A DNA stretch of 64,000 nt, from assembly GCA_964575105.1 (NCBI GenBank), contig CAZNQA010000003.1, positions 2,158-66,157 on the forward strand, written 5' to 3'. Both the position numbers and the translations under genes were made by a program. The DNA comes from an uncultured Stakelama sp. (GTDB lineage: Bacteria > Pseudomonadota > Alphaproteobacteria > Sphingomonadales > Sphingomonadaceae). Below the pieces are notes generated by a model. The model was not told where the DNA came from. It was given only the letters and a program-made list of their open reading frames with translations, and did no database searches. Position 1 is the stretch's first letter; the number at the start of each line of letters is the position of its first letter. Positions 1 to 7,714 of the stretch are shown one piece after another.

Positions 1-83
1 TTCTCGCGCCGCACGCGGCGCCAGTCGGCAACACCCGCCAGCACGCCGACGCCAAGCGCCACCACCGCCCCCGCCCACCACAT
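1..83 (-). CDS. Small membrane protein, N-terminal part only (MWWAGAVVALGVGVLAGVADWRRVRRE...), runs off the window edge
   Basis: ATG at 83 preceded by AGGAT, just downstream of the phaR stop; hydrophobic helix followed by DWRRxRR; read manually, not in the ORF track. Confidence 0.6.
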   Translation of the reverse strand, partial: MWWAGAVVALGVGVLAGVADWRRVRRE

Positions 84-95
84 ATCCTGCCCCGC

Positions 96-662
96 TTAAC
101 TGCCGAGCTTCTCGACCTTTTCGTTCAATCGCCCGAGTTCGGCCTTGAGCGCGGCGATTTCCTCGTCCTTGGAAACGCCGCCCGCGGCAGCCGCGGGGGT
201 GCCCGGCGTGACCGGCGCACCGGCCTTGAACGCGGTGGTCGCCGCCTCGAACATCGCCATGTTCTGCTTGGCGAGCTCGGCGAACGGCGAGTTGGCGAAC
301 GCGCCCTCGACCGCGGTCTTGAACTGCTGCTGGTTGCGGCGGAAGCTGTCCATCGACGCCTCGAGATAGCCCGGGACCATCGCCTGCATCGAATCGCCGT
401 ACATCGCGATGAGCTGCCGCAGGAACGGCACCGGCAGCATGGTCTGGCCGCGCTGCTCCTCCTCCATGATGATCTGGGTGAGTATATTGTGGGTGATGTC
501 CTCTTCGGACTTGGCGTCGATGACCTTGAAGTCGCGTCCCTCGCGGGTCATCGCGGCGAGATGCTCGAGCGTGATGTAAGACGACGTCTCGGTGTTATAG
601 AGGCGGCGGTTTGCATATTTCTTGATCGTCACCGGGCCGTCGCCCGGAATGGTCTTCTTCAT
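96..662 (-). CDS. phaR: Polyhydroxyalkanoate synthesis repressor PhaR
   Basis: N-terminal IKKYANRRLYNTETSSYITL motif, FLRQLI motif, GGGAG RBS, next to phaA. Confidence 0.95.
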   Translation of the reverse strand: MKKTIPGDGPVTIKKYANRRLYNTETSSYITLEHLAAMTREGRDFKVIDAKSEEDITHNILTQIIMEEEQRGQTMLPVPFLRQLIAMYGDSMQAMVPGYLEASMDSFRRNQQQFKTAVEGAFANSPFAELAKQNMAMFEAATTAFKAGAPVTPGTPAAAAGGVSKDEEIAALKAELGRLNEKVEKLGS

Positions 663-681
663 CGAGAAGCGCTCCCCGCAT

Positions 682-1782
682 ATGGTCTTGACAACCCTAC
701 CACCATTTCTTGCGGCGCTGCAACACGGCGCATCCGACGCGGTCCACGGTCCGCGCCCGCTGCCGTTGTTCCTCGATATGCTGCACGAACAGACCGCAGC
801 ATCGCCCGAGCGCCGCGCCGCCGCACTCGCGGGATTGCGCGCCTATCAGGCGGCACCGCGGGACCGGGCACGCAAGCCGATGCCGGTGCGCTACCGCAGG
901 GGCGGCGCCCGCGTTCGCGACTATGCGCCGCGCGGGTCGAGCGGGCGCGCGGTGCTGTTCGTCCCCTCGCTGATCAACCCGCCGCACATCCTCGACCTGG
1001 AGCCCGAACGGTCATTGCTGCGCTGGCTCGCGGCGGAGGGGCATCGTCCGTTTCTGCTCGACTGGGGGACTCCCGCGCCCGGACACGACGGTCCCGATAT
1101 TGCCGGGCTGGTCGAGCGCGTGTTGCTGCCGCTGATCGCCAAATTTCCCGAGCCCCCCGTCCTCGCGGGGTATTGCCTCGGCGGGACGATGGCGCTCGCC
1201 GCCGCCGCACGGGCGGAGGTGGCGGGGTTGGCGCTGATCGCCGCGCCGTGGCGGTTCGACGGACTGGGGACCGCCGCGCGCGCGGATATCGCGCGGTTGT
1301 GGGCGGCGGCGGGCCCCGCCTGTGCGCAGATCGGGCTCGTCCCGATGGAGGTGTTGCAGAGCGGCTTCTGGCGGCTCGATCCCGCGCGGACGATCGCCAA
1401 ATACGAAGCGTTTGCGGAGATCGCGCCCGACACCCCTGCCTTCCGGCAGTTCGTCGCGATGGAGGATTGGGCGAATGCCGGGGCCCCGTTGCCCTACAAC
1501 GCCGGCCGCGACCTGTTCGAGGAGCTGATCGCGCGCGATACGCCGGGCAGCGGGCAGTGGACGGTCGGTGGTGCGCCGGTCGATCCCGCTACCCTGCCCT
1601 GCCCCGCGATCGACTTCGTTTCGCGCAACGACCGGATCGTGCCCGCAGCCACTGCGGCGAACCTGCCCGACCGGCGCGATCTGGGCGCGGGACATGTCGG
1701 GATGATCGTCGGCAGCGGCGCGCGCGCGCAATTATGGGAACCACTGTCGGACTGGCTAAACGCGCTTCCGGACCTTAGATAA
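682..1782 (+). CDS. PhaC-like alpha/beta hydrolase (short PHA synthase/depolymerase-like); start uncertain
   Basis: [18 protein letters not shown] Cys box, DRIVP Asp and GHVG His; lies between phaR and phaA. Confidence 0.75.
   Translation: MVLTTLPPFLAALQHGASDAVHGPRPLPLFLDMLHEQTAASPERRAAALAGLRAYQAAPRDRARKPMPVRYRRGGARVRDYAPRGSSGRAVLFVPSLINPPHILDLEPERSLLRWLAAEGHRPFLLDWGTPAPGHDGPDIAGLVERVLLPLIAKFPEPPVLAGYCLGGTMALAAAARAEVAGLALIAAPWRFDGLGTAARADIARLWAAAGPACAQIGLVPMEVLQSGFWRLDPARTIAKYEAFAEIAPDTPAFRQFVAMEDWANAGAPLPYNAGRDLFEELIARDTPGSGQWTVGGAPVDPATLPCPAIDFVSRNDRIVPAATAANLPDRRDLGAGHVGMIVGSGARAQLWEPLSDWLNALPDLR
710..725. promoter_or_regulatory. Candidate PhaR operator (TTGCGGCGCTGCAACA)
   Basis: TTGC-N6-GCAA palindrome about 50 bp upstream of phaR; PhaR proteins bind TGC-rich sites and autoregulate. 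Confidence 0.4.
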
Positions 1783-1840
1783 ACATCCTGTTTCGTCGTT
1801 CGCGCCTTGTCGCGATCCCCGTTTCCCACAGGAGCCCGCC

Positions 1841-3013
1841 ATGCAGGACATCGTCATCACCGCCGCCAAGCGCACCCCGGTCGGGAGCTTCCTCGGCGCC
1901 TTTGCGGCCACCCCGGCGCATGAACTCGGTCGTATCGCGATCGAGGCGGCGCTCGCGCAGGCGGGTGTCGCGGGCGAGGAGGTCTCCGAGGTGATTCTCG
2001 GCCAGGTGCTGACCGCCGCGCAGGGGCAGAACCCGGCGCGCCAGGCATCGATGGCGGCGGGGATCCCGAAGGAAGTGCCGGCCTGGGGGGTCAACCAGGT
2101 GTGCGGCTCAGGGCTGCGCGCGGTGGCGCTGGCGGCGCAGTCGATCGCTCTGGGCGACGCGACGATCATGGTCGCGGGCGGGCAGGAATCCATGTCGATG
2201 AGCGCGCATGCGCAGTCCATTCGGGGTGGCCAGAAGATGGGCGACCTCAGCCTCGTCGACACGATGGTCAAGGATGGGCTGACCGACGTGTTCAACGGCT
2301 ATCACATGGGGATCACCGCCGAGAACCTCGCCGAGCAATATCAGATCACGCGCGGCGCGCAGGACGAATTTTCGGTCCGCTCACAGAACCTGGCCGAGGC
2401 AGCCCGCGCGGCGGGGCGCTTCCGCGACGAGATCGCGCCCGTCACGATCAAGGGCCGCAAGGGCGATACGATCGTCTCCGACGACGAATATATTCGCGCG
2501 GGCGTGACGCTCGACAGCGTCTCGGGGGTGCGCCCGGCGTTCAAGAAGGACGGGACCGTCACCGCCGCCAACGCCTCCGGGCTCAACGACGGCGCCGCCG
2601 CGCTCGTGCTGATGAGCCGTGCCGAAGCCGAGCGCCGTGGGTCGCCGATCCTCGGGCGGATCGCGAGCTGGGCATCGGCTGGGGTCGACCCGTCGATCAT
2701 GGGGATCGGCCCGGTCCCCGCGACGCGCCGCGCGCTCGAAAAGGCGGGCTGGACGATGGCGGACCTCGACCTGATCGAGGCGAACGAGGCGTTCGCGGCG
2801 CAGGCGCTGTCGGTCGGCAAGGAACTCGGCTGGGATGCGGACCGCGTCAACGTCAATGGCGGCGCGATCGCGATCGGCCATCCGATCGGCGCGTCGGGCG
2901 CGCGCGTGCTGACGACGCTGCTGTACGAGATGGCGAAGCGCGATGCGCACAAGGGGCTCGCCACGTTGTGCATCGGCGGCGGCATGGGGATCGCTGTCTG
3001 CATCGAACGCTAA
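1841..3013 (+). CDS. phaA: Acetyl-CoA C-acetyltransferase (beta-ketothiolase)
   Basis: [21 protein letters not shown] and CIGGGMG thiolase motifs; AGGAG RBS. Confidence 0.95.
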   Translation: MQDIVITAAKRTPVGSFLGAFAATPAHELGRIAIEAALAQAGVAGEEVSEVILGQVLTAAQGQNPARQASMAAGIPKEVPAWGVNQVCGSGLRAVALAAQSIALGDATIMVAGGQESMSMSAHAQSIRGGQKMGDLSLVDTMVKDGLTDVFNGYHMGITAENLAEQYQITRGAQDEFSVRSQNLAEAARAAGRFRDEIAPVTIKGRKGDTIVSDDEYIRAGVTLDSVSGVRPAFKKDGTVTAANASGLNDGAAALVLMSRAEAERRGSPILGRIASWASAGVDPSIMGIGPVPATRRALEKAGWTMADLDLIEANEAFAAQALSVGKELGWDADRVNVNGGAIAIGHPIGASGARVLTTLLYEMAKRDAHKGLATLCIGGGMGIAVCIER

Positions 3014-3085
3014 ACGTTCGGTCGGGACACAACAGGCAAATTTATATAATCTATTTAGCACTTTAGGCGTGCAGTACAATCCGCG

Positions 3086-3114
3086 TTGACGAACAAAGTG
3101 CGCTGCGCTGATCC
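3086..3114 (+). promoter_or_regulatory. Candidate sigma70 promoter TTGACG-N17-TGATCC
   Basis: Near-consensus -35; the predicted start site falls at the base of the stem beginning at 3117. Confidence 0.4.
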
Positions 3115-3116
3115 TC

Positions 3117-3216
3117 AAGGGCGGCGGAGGCCGACACTTAACCTATCGGTTGACTGATCAGCTCGCCGCCTTTGTGGGTTAATATCCCCCGCCAGCGCGG
3201 GGGGCCCCGCGCGCGC
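3117..3216 (+). ncRNA. Predicted structured RNA: nested stem, 8-bp pseudoknot and downstream GC hairpins
   Basis: Outer stem 3117-3129/3162-3173; inner stem 3130-3134/3146-3150; loop TTAACCTA (3138-3145) complementary to TGGGTTAA (3175-3182); alternative hairpins at 3186-3212. Confidence 0.5.
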
Positions 3217-3352
3217 TACTTTGACTGACTCGACTTTTGCCGCTGTTTGCCGCTAGTCTTGTGAGATTGGCAAGCATCCGCTTCAGCGCCGCCTCTCAAG
3301 AGGCCTCCGTCTCCGCTGCGAGTAGGTGTCATCCTCTAGTTTGGAGTCGGCC

Positions 3353-3952
3353 ATGTACAAGCAATACAGCAAGGACGCGCCTACGTTAACGTCCTTCGCG
3401 TTAACGGCAGACATGCATGCGGACATAGGCAGGCTGATCCGCGCGTGCGCGGAAATCGAAGATTTAGTTGCGCTACATCTGTGCCAAGTCGCAGAGATTG
3501 ATGAGTCACAATCGGCGGTGCTTTTGGGCCGAATGCCCAGCTCAACACGGGTGAGTTTAGCCAAAACCTTTGCTGACAGGCTTGGGGGCACCGCTCAGAA
3601 GGCGCACGACAAATGTTTTGATGGCGAGTATTTCGGTATGATATCCGTCCGCAACGTTCTTACTCACGGAACGCTGCTTGGAATAAGCAACGATGGCCGG
3701 GTTACTTTTCGGACAAATGAAATCCTCGGACCTCAGGAAAATAGCGGGGTCCGCCTAAACGTCGTTTCATACCTGCCCGAAGGGTTCAGGAAATGGGCAG
3801 ATCAAGCCGAAGCAACTATTCCGTTGCTTGAGGAAACTCTGAGGCTTCAAGCATGGCGCGAAAAACGTCGCCAGCAGGATCTGCTTCCACACCGAAAATC
3901 TCAGCCAACACGGCCGCCCAGTGCAAAACCAAAACTCCCGCCTCTGTCATAG
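3353..3952 (+). CDS. Orphan protein with HEPN-like Rx4H motif (putative RNase)
   Basis: GGAG RBS before ATG 3353; IGRLIRACAEIEDL helix and RNVLTH motif; AT-richer codon usage than flanking genes. Confidence 0.6.
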   Translation: MYKQYSKDAPTLTSFALTADMHADIGRLIRACAEIEDLVALHLCQVAEIDESQSAVLLGRMPSSTRVSLAKTFADRLGGTAQKAHDKCFDGEYFGMISVRNVLTHGTLLGISNDGRVTFRTNEILGPQENSGVRLNVVSYLPEGFRKWADQAEATIPLLEETLRLQAWREKRRQQDLLPHRKSQPTRPPSAKPKLPPLS

Positions 3953-4034
3953 CGTGAGTGACTTCGATGGCTACCCCAGCCTGCCCTGATATGGATGCCC
4001 CTTTTTGACCTGCTAACTAGGTACATAATTGCCC

Positions 4035-4070
4035 AAAAAAGGGCGCCGGAGTAATCCGGCGCCCTTTCTC
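4035..4070. terminator. Bidirectional intrinsic terminator
   Basis: AAAAAAGGGCGCCGGA-GTAA-TCCGGCGCCCTTT inverted repeat between convergent genes. Confidence 0.85.
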
Positions 4071-4081
4071 TTGGGCTAGGC

Positions 4082-7000
4082 TCAGAAGTTGCCGCGAACG
4101 CCAACCGCGAAGCGACGGCCGAACAGGCCATCGGTGGTGAAGCTCGACGGGATGATCTCGCCGAAATAGTCCTGGCCCTTGCGATCAAGCAGGTTGGTCA
4201 CCGACAGCGTCATCCGGAACTTCTCGTTGACCTTGAAGCTCAGGCTCGGGTTGACCAGCACATAGCCGCGAAGCTTGTCGATCTCGCGGATATCGGGACC
4301 GCGCGACACGCGTGAGAACAGCTGGTCGCCGATGTAGTTGAGCGAAACCGTCGCGCCGATGACGTTGCCGACATAGCGCAGGTTGAGCTGCCCCTGCCAG
4401 GTCGGATCGCCGATCGTCCCGTCGGTCCGCACTGCTGCCACGCCGGTGATGTCCGAAATCCGCGTGCGGACGAAGAACAGCGTCCCGTCGAAGCCGGCAC
4501 GGCCGGACAGGCCGAGACCGGAGAGCGGACGGATATAGTCGATCGCGCCCTGGATCCCGTCGAAGAACACCCGCTTGCCGTTGACGAACCCGCTGCGGAC
4601 GCCGGGGTTGACCGGGTCGCTGACCACCTGACCACCGCGATCGCCGCCGTTTGCCGATGCTCCGCCCTGACCCGACGCGTAACGCTGAATCTGCGAGCAG
4701 AAGGCGTTGCCGTTGGCGGGATCGTTCGCGTTGAAGTTGGAGTTGTCGAAGCATGCCCCGGCGATCTGCGCGACGGTCAGGCTCGCGATCGGATTGGCGA
4801 TCTTGATGTTGACGTAGTCCGCGGTGATCGACAGCCCCGGGATGAACCGCGGCTGCAGCACGACGCCGTAGGAGAAGCTGCGCGCGACTTCGTTCTGCAG
4901 CTGCGTGTTGCCGCCATTGAGGCCGGGAACGGTAGCAGCGGCGGCATCAAGCGGCGTTGCGTTGGGGAATTTGGCGAGGAACGCGTTGCAGTTCGCGGTG
5001 CGCACCGCCGGAACCGCCCCTGCCACCTTGTTGCCCGGCGAGCACAGGTCGGGAACGTTGGTGAACACCCCCGCCAGAGTCGAGAACAGTTCGGTGATCG
5101 CGGGTGCACGGAACGACTTGGTGTAGCTCCCGCGGAACATGACGTCCTTGATCGGCGCATAGGTGCCGCTGACATCCCAGGAGAAGAACCCGCCGTTCAC
5201 GGTGTTGTCGACATATCGTCCCGCCGCCTGCAGTTCCAAGTGGTAGATGAACGGGATGTTGTTGCTCGCGGTGATGACCGGCAGCTTCGCCTCGCCGAAC
5301 ACTTCGTCGACATTATACTTGCCCGCAACCGGCAGGATCGCGACCGACCGACCCAGACCGGCCTGTTCAAACGCGCTCGGGGTGAACGAGCCCTTCTCCT
5401 CGCGATGCTCATAGCCGACGTTGACGCCGGTATCGTTGTTGAACAGCGTGAACAGGCTGCCACCGACGTTGGCGTTGAACACATATTGTTCGAGCCGGCT
5501 GCGCGTCTGGTTGGTCGCGATCACGTAGTTGCGCGCGGCCTGGCTCGCCACGCCTTCGCCGAACACGTTGAGCGGGACGCACGCCGCGTCCGCCACCGGG
5601 GTACCGCCGGGCGCCGCCTGGAACGCGGGATTGGCGTTGCAGACGACCTGCCCTGCGGCATTGCGCGTCACGTTGACCGCGTTGATGAAGTTCTGCGCGT
5701 TGATGTCCTGGCGCGTGTCGACGATGTCGACCCGGCCATAGTTGCCGCTGATTTCATAATTGAACTTGCGGCTGCCGACGTTGAAGTCACCCCGCGCACC
5801 GATCACGCCACGATACAGGTCGTTGGTCGAGAAGCCGGTGAGATCGGCCAGATCGAGCGACGCGCGCGAGACCTGGAAGCGGTTGACGCCGAGCGCGACG
5901 AGCTGCGCACGCGCCTGTGCGGTGAGCAGCGGGTTGTTGACGTCGAACGTCAGCGCGCCGCTCGACCCGCCGAACAGGCTGCTGTTGAAGCTCGGCTGCT
6001 GCACCAGTTCGTCGCCGCGCGAGTGGAAGTAGGTGCCCTCCGCGAACAGCTCGAGCGCGGGCGCGACGCGGAACGACGCGAAGCCGTTGAGCGTGTTGCG
6101 ACGCAGCGTGCTGGTGATCTGCGAGAAGTCGTTGAAGCGGAAGCCGTCGCCGCCGCTGGCTTCCTGCACGCCCGCAAAGCGGGTGCCGCGGTTGAACGCG
6201 ACGAGGTTGCCGCTGGTGTCGAACTGATAGTTCTGCACCGCGCCCGCGCGGCGGGTTGCGGCGTTGAACACCGTACCGCTGGTCGCATCGGTGATGAGGC
6301 CGCCGCGAGTCAGTAACGGCAGCGTGCGGTCGCGGATCAGGATCGTGCCGGCAAAGCCGTCGGTCGTCGAATCGTTGTAGCCGATGCCCGGGTTGAGGCG
6401 CCCGTCGTTAAGGAACGAGACGCCCGCGGCGCGGCCCAGCGTCGTCGACTGCGCGGTGCTCGGGTTGGTCCCGTTGCCGATGTTGGCGCGCAGGAACGCG
6501 CGATCGTTGTAGAGCAACCCTTCCTGCTCGTCGCGCATCGCCGACAGCGTGATGTTGCCGCGATCGCCCGCGAAGTTGAAGCCGCCTGCGATCGCCGCAT
6601 TGTAGCGGAAGCCGTCGCCCTGCTCGGTCACGCCCGTGGTGAGCGACGCGCGAACGCCCTTCAGCCGCGTGTCGAGCTTGTAGTTGATCGTCCCCGCGAT
6701 CGCGTCCGACCCGTAGACCGGCGCGCCCGCGGTCGGAATGATGTCGATATCGCTGACCAGCAGCGTCGGGATGACGTTGACGTCGACCTGCGTCCCGGCC
6801 GACCCCTGGTTGAAGATCGTCGTGACGTTCGACGACACGTAGCGACGCCCGTTGACCAGCGTCAGCGTGCGGTTCGACCCGAGGTTGAAGGTGTTGATGA
6901 AGTTGACGCCCTGCCCGAACGACCCCTGCGCGCCGTTGGCGGTGACGCTGCCGCGGATTCCCGGGATTTCGTTGAGCGCGTCGGCGACGTTGGTCAGCCC

Positions 7001-7267
7001 GCGATCCTGCAGATATTGCTGGTTGACGGTCGTGATCGGCGAGGAGCTGACCGTGTTGGGAAGCCGGATGCGCGATCCGGTAACGACGATTTCCTCGTCA
7101 CCCGATTCGGTGTCCTTGGTCGGATCCGACCGGTCGTTGACGCCGATCTGCGCTGCGCCCGGTACTGCGTCTGCTGGTGTCTGCGTGGTCTGGGAATAGG
7201 CCAGCGAGGGAATGCTGCCGAAAATCGCGACCAACGCGGTCGCCCCCAGGAAAGCCGAGTTTCTCAT
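4082..7267 (-). CDS. TonB-dependent receptor (about 1060 aa)
   Basis: Signal peptide, EEIVVTGSRI TonB box, plug motif AVYGSDAIAG, C-terminal Phe; start moved to ATG 7267. Confidence 0.92.
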   Translation of the reverse strand: MRNSAFLGATALVAIFGSIPSLAYSQTTQTPADAVPGAAQIGVNDRSDPTKDTESGDEEIVVTGSRIRLPNTVSSSPITTVNQQYLQDRGLTNVADALNEIPGIRGSVTANGAQGSFGQGVNFINTFNLGSNRTLTLVNGRRYVSSNVTTIFNQGSAGTQVDVNVIPTLLVSDIDIIPTAGAPVYGSDAIAGTINYKLDTRLKGVRASLTTGVTEQGDGFRYNAAIAGGFNFAGDRGNITLSAMRDEQEGLLYNDRAFLRANIGNGTNPSTAQSTTLGRAAGVSFLNDGRLNPGIGYNDSTTDGFAGTILIRDRTLPLLTRGGLITDATSGTVFNAATRRAGAVQNYQFDTSGNLVAFNRGTRFAGVQEASGGDGFRFNDFSQITSTLRRNTLNGFASFRVAPALELFAEGTYFHSRGDELVQQPSFNSSLFGGSSGALTFDVNNPLLTAQARAQLVALGVNRFQVSRASLDLADLTGFSTNDLYRGVIGARGDFNVGSRKFNYEISGNYGRVDIVDTRQDINAQNFINAVNVTRNAAGQVVCNANPAFQAAPGGTPVADAACVPLNVFGEGVASQAARNYVIATNQTRSRLEQYVFNANVGGSLFTLFNNDTGVNVGYEHREEKGSFTPSAFEQAGLGRSVAILPVAGKYNVDEVFGEAKLPVITASNNIPFIYHLELQAAGRYVDNTVNGGFFSWDVSGTYAPIKDVMFRGSYTKSFRAPAITELFSTLAGVFTNVPDLCSPGNKVAGAVPAVRTANCNAFLAKFPNATPLDAAAATVPGLNGGNTQLQNEVARSFSYGVVLQPRFIPGLSITADYVNIKIANPIASLTVAQIAGACFDNSNFNANDPANGNAFCSQIQRYASGQGGASANGGDRGGQVVSDPVNPGVRSGFVNGKRVFFDGIQGAIDYIRPLSGLGLSGRAGFDGTLFFVRTRISDITGVAAVRTDGTIGDPTWQGQLNLRYVGNVIGATVSLNYIGDQLFSRVSRGPDIREIDKLRGYVLVNPSLSFKVNEKFRMTLSVTNLLDRKGQDYFGEIIPSSFTTDGLFGRRFAVGVRGNF

Positions 7268-7369
7268 TCTGTACGCCCCTGTTACCTCCCGGAACACAAT
7301 CCGGGTTGGGGGGCATTAAAACGGTAACATTCTGACCCAACAACATTCTATTGTGAGTCTCGCCGCTTT

Positions 7370-7397
7370 AGCGACATTATGTGACAGAAATGTCACG
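7370..7397. promoter_or_regulatory. GTNAC half-site array 1 (GCGAC/GTGAC/GTCAC), OmpR/PhoB-like
   Basis: GTGACA-GAAA-TGTCAC at 7381-7396 plus GCGACA at 7371; the minus strand reads ACGTGAC-ATTT-CTGTCAC-ATAA-TGTCGC. Confidence 0.5.
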
Positions 7398-7574
7398 TAC
7401 TCGGGAATGAAGGCAGGCCGTGTTGGTAGCGGTCCCAACGGAGCGTCGCGACCGACGTTTCCTAATCCGGAAGAAAATCTCGGCCGTCGTCACGCAAGAC
7501 GAACGAACTTCGGGCGTCGTCGTGAGAAATGGTTCCGTCCGATACCCCGTCGCGCGGCATTTTAGCTACGGTTC

Positions 7575-7611
7575 GTGACAAGTTTGTCACAACTCGTAAC
7601 AATAATGTTAA
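7575..7611. promoter_or_regulatory. GTNAC half-site array 2, OmpR/PhoB-like
   Basis: GTGAC 7575, GTCAC 7586, GTAAC 7596, GTTAA 7607; spacings 11, 10 and 11 bp. Confidence 0.5.
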
Positions 7612-7714
7612 GCCGAGGTTCAGCCTCGCCTCGAATCCTTGCGGGGATCGGACTTTCGGTCTTTCCTGTCGGTATGACCTGCTTGGGCGCAGGTATACAA
7701 CAAGGGGAGGCCAC

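Noticed and set aside
3117-3216. tRNA, SRP RNA, 6S, tmRNA or a known riboswitch
   Set aside because: No cloverleaf or T-loop, no SRP GGAAGG/AGCAG core, and none of the TPP, cobalamin, glycine, SAM-II or fluoride consensus cores; an Rfam search is still needed
7608-7622. CtrA-like TTAA-N7-TTCA
   Set aside because: One mismatch, overlaps the GTNAC array, and is likely chance in an AT-rich promoter
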